Made by a program: the position numbers and the translations under genes
Notes under the pieces: model-generated
What the model was told of the DNA's origin: nothing
What the model saw: the letters and a program-made list of their open reading frames with translations, nothing else
Database searches by the model: none
Origin: Candidatus Gottesmanbacteria bacterium RBG_16_52_11
GTDB lineage: Bacteria; Patescibacteriota; Microgenomatia; UBA10105; UBA927
NCBI GenBank assembly: GCA_001779095.1
Contig: MFJD01000008.1
Span: 1,873 to 40,889, forward strand
Length of the DNA stretch: 39,017 nucleotides
Direction of reading: 5' to 3'
Shown here: piece by piece, positions 1-11,576 of the stretch
Numbering within the stretch: position 1 is the first letter of the stretch
How the letters are laid out: each line of letters opens with the position of its first letter

Positions 1-366
1 GAGAAAGCGGTTTTTTTTGAAAAGTGCCTTGAATTGTCTGCCACTGCCGCAGACGAATCAGGACTGACACCGAAAAAACTGGCGAGCCTGATAGTCAACC
101 GGAAAATCGATACCGCGCATACCAAACCGGCTGTAATTGTCGGGGACATTCTGAAATCCCTGCGGAAAGCCAGTATCGATCCGCAGCTGGTCAAAACAGC
201 CGTGGCAGAAGTTATCCGCGAACAGGCCAAAGCGGCTGCAGACTATAGAAGCGGCAAGGAACAGGCGATAATGTTTCTCATCGGTATGGTCCAGAAGAAA
301 CTCGGGGGCAAGGGCGATCCGGCCGAGGTCCGGAACACAATCGGAAACATGCTAAAATCAGGATAA
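1..366 (+). CDS. gatB: Asp-tRNA(Asn)/Glu-tRNA(Gln) amidotransferase subunit B, C-terminal GatB/YqeY domain (5'-partial)
   Basis: Frame 1 is open from base 1; the end AAADYRSGKEQAIMFLIGMVQKKLGGKGDP matches the GatB/YqeY tail. Confidence 0.8.
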   Translation, partial: EKAVFFEKCLELSATAADESGLTPKKLASLIVNRKIDTAHTKPAVIVGDILKSLRKASIDPQLVKTAVAEVIREQAKAAADYRSGKEQAIMFLIGMVQKKLGGKGDPAEVRNTIGNMLKSG

Positions 367-367
367 C

Positions 368-1507
368 ATGGGGGAGCAGGCGAGTCAGGAATTAATTGGC
401 AGGAAACTCAGAAGCAATTTCGAAACAGCCAAGCGCCGGGAGCACCGGCTCATCGAAAAAACGCTTTCAGTACCGCCGCCCGGTTTAACGGATGCCCAGC
501 ATCGCTACCGGGAGCGGGCGGCCGGTCACCGCCAGAAAGCACTGCAGCTGATTGCCGAAGGCAAAGCGACCACCATCCAGCATGCGCGTGATATGGTTGC
601 CGCGGAAGCCAAGGCCGAACACGAACGCCTGACACTGGACGAAAAAACCCGGCTGTTCCGGTCTACAACATACAGTGCCAATCAGAACAAGGCAATCAAT
701 GAATATCTGGCCGGAGTCAGGTCATACTACAGCGAGCTAAAACTCGATTTTGATAAATTCAGCTGGTTCAATGACCTGATTTCGGATAAATTCGGCGACC
801 TGGTGCTGTCCGAAGTCGGCCGGCAGTTTGCCGCCGTCAAACGGGCGAACGACATCGGCGTCCGCAAGGGCGGTGAGGAACTGCATTTTTTCTTCAATTA
901 CGGCGCACAGACCCAAGCCGAGCTGGCAGCCCAGCGGCTGATGTCAGCCGTCAGGGATAATGTTTTAAGTCAGGTAATCAATATCATCCGGGACGGACAG
1001 CGGACCGTACCGGTGACCTGGGATGGCAGAAAAGTCCCGGAACGCGAGGGCACAGTCATTCTCAGGGATATCACCGGGGCACTTCTGGAGCGGGCAAAGC
1101 CGGGCGGTCTTGACAGGTTCCTACAGACAGGCAAAGGCGAGATTACTCAGAAACTGGAGATAGCCCGCAAATTCGACGGATTCTTCGGCGGAAAACAGGC
1201 ATATGGGGAATTGGAAAGTTATGCCCGGGACGGCAGGCCGTCTGAGCTTTTGACGCCGGATGAGCGTCAGGCGCGAAGCGTTGCGGAAAAGAAAATATCG
1301 GATTTTCTGTCCGGCCTGTTCGGGTCGGTGACATCAAGCGGCGGCATGGTGATTTACGGACCGGAAGACAGGGCTTTCATGCCACCGGGTGAAACGGTGA
1401 CTACAGTGCTCGGAGAGCATGTGAAGAGGTCCAAAAGCGAAGGCCGGGGATTTCTGTCGGTTCAGGTCGGTACCCGCGGTCCGATAAGGACATATCAGGT
1501 GAAATAA
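368..1507 (+). CDS. GGDEF-like (diguanylate cyclase-like) protein with N-terminal coiled coil and a large internal insertion
   Basis: Motifs in order: DEKTRLF (DxLTGL-like), LDFDKFSWFND, GDLVL, RKGGEEL, then late VTSSGGM and KSEGRG. Confidence 0.7.
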   Translation: MGEQASQELIGRKLRSNFETAKRREHRLIEKTLSVPPPGLTDAQHRYRERAAGHRQKALQLIAEGKATTIQHARDMVAAEAKAEHERLTLDEKTRLFRSTTYSANQNKAINEYLAGVRSYYSELKLDFDKFSWFNDLISDKFGDLVLSEVGRQFAAVKRANDIGVRKGGEELHFFFNYGAQTQAELAAQRLMSAVRDNVLSQVINIIRDGQRTVPVTWDGRKVPEREGTVILRDITGALLERAKPGGLDRFLQTGKGEITQKLEIARKFDGFFGGKQAYGELESYARDGRPSELLTPDERQARSVAEKKISDFLSGLFGSVTSSGGMVIYGPEDRAFMPPGETVTTVLGEHVKRSKSEGRGFLSVQVGTRGPIRTYQVK

Positions 1508-1509
1508 TC

Positions 1510-4500
1510 ATGGCGGATTTCGTACATCTTCACGTACACAGCGAGTATTCCCTGCTTGACGGGCTGGGCAAGCTCCAGTCCCTGATCGATACAGCCAAGG
1601 GCATGGGGATGAAAACGCTTGCCTTGACTGATCACGGGGCGATGTACGGTGCTTTCAAGTTTTATCTCCGGGCTACTGAAGCCGGCATCAAACCGATTAT
1701 CGGTGTGGAAACCTACGTTGCCCGCCGTAGCCGGTTCGACAAGGAGTCCAAGGTCGATACCGACCCTTTCCATTTGCTGCTTCTGGCTAAAAACGAAAAC
1801 GGGTACCGGAACCTCTTGAAACTGGTGACTCTGGCACACCTGGAAGGTTATTATTACCGGCCGCGGATTGATTGGGAACTCCTGACCGTATACCACGAAG
1901 ACCTGATCGCAACCAGCGCGTGCCTCCAGGGCCAGGTGCCGTACCTGTTGCGGTACGGAAAACCGGATGAGGCCGAAGCTGTCGCCCGCAATTATGCCGA
2001 ACTGTTCGGTAAGGATCATTATTATATCGAACTCCAGATGCATCCGAATATACCCGAACAGGAGGAAACCAATGAGAAACTTGTAGCATTGGCGCGCAGG
2101 CTGGGATTGCCGCTGGTTGCCACCAATGACGTGCATTACGTTAACGCTGATGATGCGGAAGCACAGGAAATTCTGCTGTGCGTCCAGACCCAGCGGACCA
2201 TCACCGAAAAGAACCGGCCGCTGTCGATGCTCAGTTCGCCGGATTTCTACCTGAAAAGCGCCGGAGACATGACGGAAATGTTTGCCCGGTATCCGGAAGC
2301 GGTCGCCAATACTGTCCGCATCGCCGACATGTGCGATATAAACCTGTCGGTCGGCAAATGGATCCTGCCGGATTTTCCGATTCCGGAAGGAGAAACTCCG
2401 CAGAGTTACCTGCGGACGCTGGTTTATGAGAGGCTGCCGGACCGTTATCCGCAGTTGCCGGCAGAAGTCAAAGACAGGGTGGAATACGAGCTGGATATTA
2501 TAAATACCAAAGGTTATTCCACGTATTTTCTGATCGTCGCCGATTTCGTCAACTGGGCCAAGGATCACGGGATAGCCGTAGGGCCGGGCCGGGGATCGGC
2601 AGCCGGCAGCGTCGTTTCATATATCCTGAGAATTACCGGAGTAGACCCGCTCTATTTCCGGCTGCCGTTCGAACGGTTCCTCAATCCGTACCGTCCGAGT
2701 CCGCCGGACATAGATCTGGATTTTGCGGATGACCGGCGCGATGAGGTGATTGCCTATGTCACCGAAAGGTACGGCGCAGACCGGGTAGCCCAGATCTGCA
2801 CATTCGGAACCATGGAAGCCCGGGGTGCAGTACGCGATGCCGGCAGGGCATTGGGGATGCCTTATGCCCAACCGGACCGGATCGCCCGGCTTATCCCTCC
2901 GGGGTTTCAGGGAAGCCAGATGACCATCGAAAAGGCGCTCACCCAGTCACCGGAACTGGCGCTGGCTTATAAAACAGAACCGGAAACCAAACGGCTCCTG
3001 GATGTAGCCCGCAAGCTTGAAGGCGTTGCCCGACACGTTTCGGTTCATGCTGCCGGCGTAGTCATCGCCGATAAGCCGCTGGTCGAGTATACACCGCTGC
3101 AGCGGGAAAGCCGGGGTGAAAAAATCGTGACCCAGTACGATATGTACACCGTCGGTGAAGACGGGGTGGGACTTCTGAAAATGGATTTTCTGGGGCTGAG
3201 AAATCTGACCATCATGTCCCGGGCGCTCCAGATAATAAGGTCCGCCGAAGGTGAGGATATAGATCTCTCAAAAATCCCGCTTGACGACGCGAAGACATTT
3301 GCCATGCTCTCCAAAGGGGAAACAACCGGCGTATTCCAGCTCGAATCCGCCGGCATGCGCCGCCATATTAAGGAACTGAAACCCACTACGATTTTCGATC
3401 TGATGGCGATGGTTGCGCTGTTTAGGCCGGGACCGATGCAGGTAATTCCCGAATTCATCGCCCGCAAGCACAACCCGAAACGGATAATTTATCCGGATCC
3501 CCGGCTGAAGGATGTGCTGGATCAGTCTTATGGCATTATTGCCTATCAGGATGACGTACTTTTAACGGCGATAACCCTGGCCGGATATTCGTGGGGTGAT
3601 GCTGACAAGCTCCGAAAGGCCGTCGGGAAGAAAATTCCGACGGAAATGAAAAAACAGAAGGAGAAATTCGTGGCTGGCTGCATTAAAAACGGATTATCAA
3701 CCGAGCGGGCCGAAGAAATATTCCATCTCATCGAACCCTTCGCAGGATACGGGTTCAATAAAGCCCATGCCGCCTGTTACGCAATCATTGCTTATCAGAC
3801 GGCCTACCTCAAAGCAAATTACCAGGTCGAATATATGACGGCGGTGCTGACGGCGGAATCCAGAGCTAATACCGGCCCGGCGCGGGACGAGAAAATTACC
3901 AGCATCATTTCCGAATGCCGGCGGATGGGAATTTCCGTGTTACCGCCGCACATCAACAAATCGGAAGTGGATTTTTCGATAGAGGACAACCGGATCAGGT
4001 TCGGTCTTTCGGCTGTCAAGAACGTAGGCACCGCGGCAATCGACAGTATTCTGGAAGCCCGCACCTCCGGCGGAGCTTTCCGCGGACTGACGGATCTTTT
4101 CAGCCGGATTGAAATCGCCAAGGTCAACCGGAAAGTGACGGAAAGCCTGATAAAATCCGGCGCAATGGATGAATTCGGTAACCGGGCAACCCTGCTGGGT
4201 GCTCTGCCCGGTGTTTCCGAACAGGCTCAGAAACGCAGGAAAAATGCCTCGGCGGGGCAGACAGGTTTATTTGACGAGGCATCAAGCGGAGCCGACATAC
4301 CGGCTGACGCCTTCACCGTGACGGAAGAACTGCCGAAATCGGTTCTGTTGGCTTATGAGAAGGAGTTGTTGGGATTTTACCTGACGGAGCATCCGCTGCA
4401 GTCTTATGCCAGCGCGCTGTCGGATCAGGGTGTCCTGCCGCTGTCGGAGGTTACGTCCGGCCGGGTGGGAGAACGCATTCTGATCGGCGGAATTATCACC

Positions 4501-4716
4501 CAGGTGAAGAAGATCACCACGAAAACAGGAAATAACGAAATGGCATTCGTGCGGATTGAAGACCTGCACGGGAATATTGAAATCGTCGTGTTTCCGAAGA
4601 TTTTTGCCCAGACGTCAGCCATTTGGAGGCCGGATACGGTAGTGGTTGTCAGCGGCCGGGTGGATGAGAAGGAAGACCGTCTGACGGTTCTGGCCGACGA
4701 TGCCAAACGTCTCTGA
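1510..4716 (+). CDS. dnaE: DNA polymerase III alpha subunit
   Basis: HLHVHSEYSLLDG PHP start, GPGRGSAAGS, PDIDLDF catalytic motif, KMDFLGL, FNKAHAACY, OB fold, QTGLF clamp motif. Confidence 0.99.
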   Translation: MADFVHLHVHSEYSLLDGLGKLQSLIDTAKGMGMKTLALTDHGAMYGAFKFYLRATEAGIKPIIGVETYVARRSRFDKESKVDTDPFHLLLLAKNENGYRNLLKLVTLAHLEGYYYRPRIDWELLTVYHEDLIATSACLQGQVPYLLRYGKPDEAEAVARNYAELFGKDHYYIELQMHPNIPEQEETNEKLVALARRLGLPLVATNDVHYVNADDAEAQEILLCVQTQRTITEKNRPLSMLSSPDFYLKSAGDMTEMFARYPEAVANTVRIADMCDINLSVGKWILPDFPIPEGETPQSYLRTLVYERLPDRYPQLPAEVKDRVEYELDIINTKGYSTYFLIVADFVNWAKDHGIAVGPGRGSAAGSVVSYILRITGVDPLYFRLPFERFLNPYRPSPPDIDLDFADDRRDEVIAYVTERYGADRVAQICTFGTMEARGAVRDAGRALGMPYAQPDRIARLIPPGFQGSQMTIEKALTQSPELALAYKTEPETKRLLDVARKLEGVARHVSVHAAGVVIADKPLVEYTPLQRESRGEKIVTQYDMYTVGEDGVGLLKMDFLGLRNLTIMSRALQIIRSAEGEDIDLSKIPLDDAKTFAMLSKGETTGVFQLESAGMRRHIKELKPTTIFDLMAMVALFRPGPMQVIPEFIARKHNPKRIIYPDPRLKDVLDQSYGIIAYQDDVLLTAITLAGYSWGDADKLRKAVGKKIPTEMKKQKEKFVAGCIKNGLSTERAEEIFHLIEPFAGYGFNKAHAACYAIIAYQTAYLKANYQVEYMTAVLTAESRANTGPARDEKITSIISECRRMGISVLPPHINKSEVDFSIEDNRIRFGLSAVKNVGTAAIDSILEARTSGGAFRGLTDLFSRIEIAKVNRKVTESLIKSGAMDEFGNRATLLGALPGVSEQAQKRRKNASAGQTGLFDEASSGADIPADAFTVTEELPKSVLLAYEKELLGFYLTEHPLQSYASALSDQGVLPLSEVTSGRVGERILIGGIITQVKKITTKTGNNEMAFVRIEDLHGNIEIVVFPKIFAQTSAIWRPDTVVVVSGRVDEKEDRLTVLADDAKRL

Positions 4717-4734
4717 AACGGCGCGATCTGGCTG

Positions 4735-4763
4735 TTGACTTGAATCCCAGCCCAAAGTAAAAT
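4735..4763 (+). promoter_or_regulatory. sigma70 promoter of the atp operon
   Basis: TTGACT-17 nt-TAAAAT. Confidence 0.65.
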
Positions 4764-4827
4764 TCAGTTGCCCAGTAGCACACTTAACCGGACTGGGATT
4801 TTTAATTTTGGTGAAGTGTAAACTGTT

Positions 4828-5148
4828 GTGGCAAACGACAGGGGAGTCACCAAGCGGTATTCGCTGAAGGCGGACAAATCCGGAAGGTTATCCGCCACTG
4901 AAGACGAAACCAAATCCGACCGGCATACCCGTATCCAGTGGGATGCCCTGTTTCTGTTCAGCGGAGTCGGTTTCGGTATAGTCATTCCCCTGATTGCCGG
5001 AGTTCTGCTGGGGAATTACGCCGACACCAGATTGGGTTCGCGGCCGGTTGCTACCATCACCGGACTATTGATCGGAACCGTATTATCGGTTGCCAGTCTG
5101 ATTTCGACGTTTTCGGCATTTCTGAAAAAAACGAAAACAGGGGACTGA
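4828..5148 (+). CDS. AtpZ/AtpI family ATP synthase accessory protein
   Basis: Two TM helices with GFGIVIPLIAGVLLGNYADTRLG; first gene of the atp operon. Confidence 0.8.
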   Translation: MANDRGVTKRYSLKADKSGRLSATEDETKSDRHTRIQWDALFLFSGVGFGIVIPLIAGVLLGNYADTRLGSRPVATITGLLIGTVLSVASLISTFSAFLKKTKTGD

Positions 5149-5153
5149 TTATA

Positions 5154-6068
5154 ATGTTACACATTTCGCTCGCAGCCGAAACACTTTTTCACCTGGGGCC
5201 GCTACCGGTCACCAATTCGCTGCTGATGACCTGGCTTGTCATGGCAGTCCTGACACTTTTGGCATATGCGGTTACCCGCAATCTTAAGCGCATTCCTACG
5301 TCATTTCAGCTGATATTCGAACTGGCGGTCGGAGGTCTTCATGATTTTTTCGGGCGGATACTTGGGAAATTTACGGATACCCTCTATCCCCTGGTGGCAA
5401 CGCTGTTTCTTTTCATCATACTTTCCAACTGGATGGGGCTGTTGCCGGGCGTAGGTACGGTCGGATTTTACCGGGAAAAAGAGCATGCAGTGAATGTCAA
5501 TCCGCCGCCGCCCGGACACTCCGGGCAGATTTATGTTGCATACGCATCCGAATCGACAGAGCCGGTGACACAAGTTCAGGAGAGAGCGGCGCCCGGTACA
5601 GTTTCCGATCCTGAGGCAGCCGCCAAGGACAAAGATTCCGAACCGTCGCGGATATTCGTGCCGCTTCTGCGGGCTCCGACGGCTGACCTGAACATGACCC
5701 TCGGTCTTGGACTGATTGCATTCTTCACCATCCAATATTTCGGCTTCAAAGCATCGGGTCTGGCCTACGGAAAGAAATTCATCAATCTGACAAATCCGAT
5801 ATTCTTTTTTGTCGGATTTCTGGAAATCATATCGGATATTTCCAAAATCATATCTTTCGCATTCCGGTTATTCGGCAACATATTCGCCGGTGAAGTGCTG
5901 CTGGCTGTAATTGCCTATCTGGCCCCGTTTTTCCTGCCGATCCCGTTTCTGGCGCTGGAACTTTTCGTCGGTCTGATCCAGGCCCTGGTTTTTGCCATGC
6001 TGACGGCAGTTTTCATACAGATGGCAGCCTCGCACGGGGACCACGGGGCAGGTACGGAGCATGCGTGA
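5154..6068 (+). CDS. atpB: ATP synthase Fo subunit a
   Basis: ATG at 5154 (MLHISLAAE); NWMGLLPG, PTADLN, SFAFRLFGNIFAGE with the essential Arg, ELFVGLIQA. Confidence 0.97.
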   Translation: MLHISLAAETLFHLGPLPVTNSLLMTWLVMAVLTLLAYAVTRNLKRIPTSFQLIFELAVGGLHDFFGRILGKFTDTLYPLVATLFLFIILSNWMGLLPGVGTVGFYREKEHAVNVNPPPPGHSGQIYVAYASESTEPVTQVQERAAPGTVSDPEAAAKDKDSEPSRIFVPLLRAPTADLNMTLGLGLIAFFTIQYFGFKASGLAYGKKFINLTNPIFFFVGFLEIISDISKIISFAFRLFGNIFAGEVLLAVIAYLAPFFLPIPFLALELFVGLIQALVFAMLTAVFIQMAASHGDHGAGTEHA

Positions 6069-6104
6069 ACCACTCAGGTGTCAGATAGTATTGTAGTAGG
6101 ATAA

Positions 6105-6353
<249 letters not shown>

Positions 6354-6387
6354 GAAAGGAATTTAAACGGAAGCGAGGTGAGTTCAG

Positions 6388-6876
6388 ATGGAAGCATTAG
6401 GAGTTCAGCCGATATTACTTTTAGCACAGATAATCAACTTCGTCATTATCATGGCGGTGCTTAAGAAGCTGCTTTACAAGCCGGTTATCCGGTTTCTGGC
6501 AAAACGGAAGCAGGAAATCCAGACCGGGCTTGAGTTGTCCCAGAAAATGAAGGAAGAGGATGAAAAACTGAAGGAGAAACAGAAAAAGATGCTGGAGACC
6601 GCGCGTGTGGATGCGCTGGAGATAATCAATAAAGCCAAAAAGGACGCTAAAGCCGATGCCCGGAAAATTCTTGAGGATGCCCAAAGTGAGGCCTCCCGCA
6701 TGATGGAAAAACGGCGCGAAGAAATGGAAGACGAGTACCGGGTCATGCAGAAAAAACTGCAGTCGGAAACCGTGGATCTGGCCGCTGCCATGGTAGAACG
6801 GATTCTGCCGTCACTGATTACGCGGGATGGCCACCGGAAACTGCTGGAGAACCAGTTGAAACAACTGAAACAGTAA
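6388..6876 (+). CDS. atpF: ATP synthase Fo subunit b
   Basis: N-terminal TM AQIINF..LYKP followed by a long coiled coil; SD GAGGTG. Confidence 0.95.
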   Translation: MEALGVQPILLLAQIINFVIIMAVLKKLLYKPVIRFLAKRKQEIQTGLELSQKMKEEDEKLKEKQKKMLETARVDALEIINKAKKDAKADARKILEDAQSEASRMMEKRREEMEDEYRVMQKKLQSETVDLAAAMVERILPSLITRDGHRKLLENQLKQLKQ

Positions 6877-6886
6877 AAATTTGTTT

Positions 6887-7153
6887 ATGAAAAGAAATCG
6901 AAAGGATCCGTTAATTCCGGATACTCCAAATGAGGCCGACACAGCCGTGGTTACCAGCGCTGCACCACTGGACGGCCGGTTGAAATCCTTAGTCAGTTCC
7001 GTGGTCAGCCGGATCGGAACAGTACGGTCGATCGAGTACCGTGTCGATCCGGAAGTCCTCGGGGGGATCCGCATCCGGATCGGAAACCGGGTCCTGGATA
7101 CAAGCCTGAAAAGACAGCTGTCAGAAATTGTAAAAAGCCTGAAGTCAGATTAA
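6887..7153 (+). CDS. atpH: ATP synthase F1 delta subunit, short form (C-terminal domain only)
   Basis: VVTSAAPL, VDPEVLGGIRIRIGNRVLDTSLKRQL; between atpF and atpA; ATG at 6887 (alternative TTG 6881). Confidence 0.85.
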   Translation: MKRNRKDPLIPDTPNEADTAVVTSAAPLDGRLKSLVSSVVSRIGTVRSIEYRVDPEVLGGIRIRIGNRVLDTSLKRQLSEIVKSLKSD

Positions 7154-7162
7154 GCAGATATC

Positions 7163-8674
7163 ATGAAACGCACAGTCAATACGAATATCACCGGACCTCT
7201 GAAAAAGCACCTGGCCGCCTTTACGCCGGAATTTTCCGTCAGTGAAATCGGTACAGTGACATCTGTGGGTGACGGCGTAGCCAAAGTCGATGGTCTGGAA
7301 GGCTGCGGTTATATGGAAATAGTCGAATTTGCCGGTGGCATTAAAGGGGTTGCGATTAATCTGGAAGAAAAATCAGTCGGAATAATTGTAATGGGTGAGG
7401 TGCTGGGTATCCGCGAGGGCGATGAAGTCAGGGCTACCGGACAGATACTGTCGACACCGGTCGGTGACGGGTTCTTAGGCCGGGTGGTTAATCCGCTGGG
7501 TGAACCGGTTGACGGCAAACCTAATGTAGCTACCAAAACCAGATATCCACTGGAAAAAATCGCACCGGGTGTCGTGTTCCGGCAGCAGGTCAACACTCCG
7601 CTTCAGACCGGTATCAAAGCTATCGATGCCATGATTCCGATCGGCCGCGGCCAGCGGGAGCTGATAATCGGGGACCGCAATACCGGCAAAACAGCCATTG
7701 CCGTTGATGCCATCATTAACCAGAAAGGTGAGGATGTGATCTGTATTTACGTAGCCATCGGACAGAAAACTTCCCGCGTAGCGCAGGTGATTAATGCACT
7801 GGAAAAGTTCGATGCCATGTCCTACAGCATCGTAGTGTCGGCCACATCATCGGATCCGGCCTCCTACCAGTACATGGCCCCGTATACCGGTTGTGCCCTG
7901 GCAGAATATTTCCTCGACCGCGGGAAGGATGTCCTGGTCGTATATGACGATTTATCCAAACACGCCTGGGCGTACCGCCAGATATCCCTGATTCTGCGGC
8001 GTCCCAGCGGACGGGAAGCATACCCGGGAGACGTCTTTTATCTGCATTCCCGGCTTCTGGAGCGGGCTGTCCGCCTGAATGACGACCATGGCGGCGGATC
8101 CATCACCGCACTGCCTATTATCGAAACGCTGGCCAATGACCTTTCGGCATATATTCCGACAAACGTCATTTCCATTACTGACGGTCAGATATTCCTCGAA
8201 TCGGATCTTTTTTACGCCGGTCAGCGGCCGGCAATCAATGTCGGGCAGTCGGTTTCCCGGGTCGGATCTTCAGCGCAGATCAAAGCTATGAAAAAGATCG
8301 CCGGCAGCCTCCGGGTTGACCTGGCCCAATACCGGTCACTGGCGGCATTTGCCCAGTTTTCGACGGACGTTGACGAAATTACCAAAAAGCAGATCGATAG
8401 GGGCAGCCGTCTGGTGGAACTTCTGAAACAGCCGCAGTTCGTGCCGATGAGTGTTGAACGTCAGGTGGTTTCAATCTGGGCCGGCACCAAAGGCCACCTG
8501 GATGATATTCCCCTCAGCCGGATCGGCGACTTCGAGCAGCAATTCCTGGATTTTATGGAACGCGAACACCGCAAGATCCTGACCACAATCGCCCGTGACA
8601 AGGCGTTGTCCGAAGAAACCGAGAAACAGCTGAAACAGGCAGTCGAGATCTTCCGGAAAGGATTTGTAGTCTGA
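7163..8674 (+). CDS. atpA: ATP synthase F1 alpha subunit
   Basis: [49 protein letters not shown]. Confidence 0.99.
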   Translation: MKRTVNTNITGPLKKHLAAFTPEFSVSEIGTVTSVGDGVAKVDGLEGCGYMEIVEFAGGIKGVAINLEEKSVGIIVMGEVLGIREGDEVRATGQILSTPVGDGFLGRVVNPLGEPVDGKPNVATKTRYPLEKIAPGVVFRQQVNTPLQTGIKAIDAMIPIGRGQRELIIGDRNTGKTAIAVDAIINQKGEDVICIYVAIGQKTSRVAQVINALEKFDAMSYSIVVSATSSDPASYQYMAPYTGCALAEYFLDRGKDVLVVYDDLSKHAWAYRQISLILRRPSGREAYPGDVFYLHSRLLERAVRLNDDHGGGSITALPIIETLANDLSAYIPTNVISITDGQIFLESDLFYAGQRPAINVGQSVSRVGSSAQIKAMKKIAGSLRVDLAQYRSLAAFAQFSTDVDEITKKQIDRGSRLVELLKQPQFVPMSVERQVVSIWAGTKGHLDDIPLSRIGDFEQQFLDFMEREHRKILTTIARDKALSEETEKQLKQAVEIFRKGFVV

Positions 8675-8680
8675 AAATAT

Positions 8681-9535
8681 ATGGCTAATATCCGGCTGAT
8701 TAAAGGCAGAATTAAAACGGCGAAAAACATCGCCCAGATTACCAAAGCCATGGAACTGGTAGCGGCATCCAAAATGAAAAAAGCCCAGGCTGAAGCCCTG
8801 GCCGGACGGGTATATGCCGGTAAAATTCACGAAATGGTGCACAGCCTGGCAGCCAGGACAGATTCCAAGCATCATCCGCTCCTGACGCCGCCCCGCAGCG
8901 ACGCCGGAAAGTTACTGGTGATACTCGTTTCCACGAACAAAGGTCTGGCCGGAGGTCTGAATACGAATTTATTCCGGTATCTGATGAAGACGGAAACGGC
9001 AGATGCCGGACATGAGTATATAACGCTCGGCAAAAAGGGTGCGGACTTCCTGGTCAGGATCGGCCGGGAAGTAGTGGCGGATTTTTCGGACACTACTCCC
9101 TGGGTCAGTGCGGTACCGCCGGTCATAGAATTGGCTACAGGTAAATTTCTGAGCGGCACTTGCCGGAGAGTTGATATTGTTTATAGTGATTTCATTTCCG
9201 CACTTATTCAGGTACCGACCCGGAAAACCGTGCTACCGCTGTCTCTGGCAAAAGTCGAAAGTCAGGCTGTCAGACCGGCGGATATCGAAATTGAACCTTC
9301 AGTTGAGGAAGTGTTCAGTACCCTTCTGCCGCACTATATCGAAAACCAGCTGCGGGATGCGGTTCTTGAGGCTGAAGCCAGCGAGCATTCCGCCAGAATG
9401 ATTGCCATGCGCAATGCAACCGATAATGCAGTTTCACTGATGCAGGAACTGACACTCGTATATAACAAAGCCAGACAGGAGAAAATTACTTACGAAATAA
9501 CCGATATGATCACCGCCCGGCTGGCAGTCAGCTGA
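8681..9535 (+). CDS. atpG: ATP synthase F1 gamma subunit
   Basis: ITKAMELVAASK, KGLAGGLN, SEHSARMIAMRNATDNA, NKARQEKIT. Confidence 0.99.
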   Translation: MANIRLIKGRIKTAKNIAQITKAMELVAASKMKKAQAEALAGRVYAGKIHEMVHSLAARTDSKHHPLLTPPRSDAGKLLVILVSTNKGLAGGLNTNLFRYLMKTETADAGHEYITLGKKGADFLVRIGREVVADFSDTTPWVSAVPPVIELATGKFLSGTCRRVDIVYSDFISALIQVPTRKTVLPLSLAKVESQAVRPADIEIEPSVEEVFSTLLPHYIENQLRDAVLEAEASEHSARMIAMRNATDNAVSLMQELTLVYNKARQEKITYEITDMITARLAVS

Positions 9536-9543
9536 GACGTTAA

Positions 9544-10963
<1,420 letters not shown>

Positions 10964-10965
<2 letters not shown>

Positions 10966-11075
10966 CGTATATAAGTATATATGTATTCAGGTATATAGGT
11001 ATTAAGGCAAGGTTCAGAATAATTTATTATAACCAAATACCCGGATACCTAGATACTTAAATACCTAAATACCTA
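10964..11075. repeat. Two inverted arrays of five degenerate 8-mers filling the atpD-atpC gap
   Basis: 10964-11003 aacgtata taagtata tatgtatt caggtata taggtatt; 11036-11075 aatacccg gataccta gatactta aataccta aataccta (reverse-complement consensus). Confidence 0.85.
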
Positions 11076-11506
11076 TGGCTACATTCATGCTCGAAATCGT
11101 CACACCCCAGCGGATCGCATTTACCGAAAGCGTTGAAGCCGTCTATGCACCGACACCGGCCGGCAGAGTGGGCATACTGCCGCGTCATATGGCACTGTTC
11201 ACCTCACTTTCAGAAGGGGAAGTTAAAATAAAAACTCCGACCCGGGAGTATTTTCTGGCAATCGGGGGCGGATTCATGGAAGTCACCCGGGATAAGGTTT
11301 CCATTCTTGTCTCCCGCGCAGTTCACGCGGATGAGGTGAATGTATCGGAAATCGAAAAAGCCAGACATGCAGCACAAGAAGCCATCAGCAGGCGCGTAAA
11401 GGGTGAGGAACTGGCAAATGCCCAGGCGATCCTGCGCCGCAGCTTAATCGAACTCCGGGTCGCCCGGCGGCACCGGCGCTACACACCGCCGACGCTCGAA
11501 GTCTGA
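11075..11506 (+). CDS. atpC: ATP synthase F1 epsilon subunit
   Basis: LEIVTP, GRVGILPRH, IGGGFMEV, C-terminal helical hairpin. Confidence 0.97.
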   Translation: MATFMLEIVTPQRIAFTESVEAVYAPTPAGRVGILPRHMALFTSLSEGEVKIKTPTREYFLAIGGGFMEVTRDKVSILVSRAVHADEVNVSEIEKARHAAQEAISRRVKGEELANAQAILRRSLIELRVARRHRRYTPPTLEV

Positions 11507-11529
11507 TTACCGGGGTCTTTTTCAGCTTA

Positions 11530-11559
11530 TTGACACTTCTTGTATCACTACGTTAAACT
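11530..11559 (+). promoter_or_regulatory. sigma70 promoter of the CBS gene
   Basis: TTGACA-18 nt-TAAACT. Confidence 0.55.
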
Positions 11560-11576
11560 CCGCTAACGGAGACCCC

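Noticed and set aside
1495-2568. 357-aa minus-strand ORF and other antisense ORFs over dnaE, atp genes and pyrG
   Set aside because: Shadow ORFs opposite conserved genes, with no motifs.
4938-5153. 72-aa N-terminal extension of AtpB in the ORF track
   Set aside because: Overlaps the AtpZ/I gene; MLHISL at 5154 is the plausible start.
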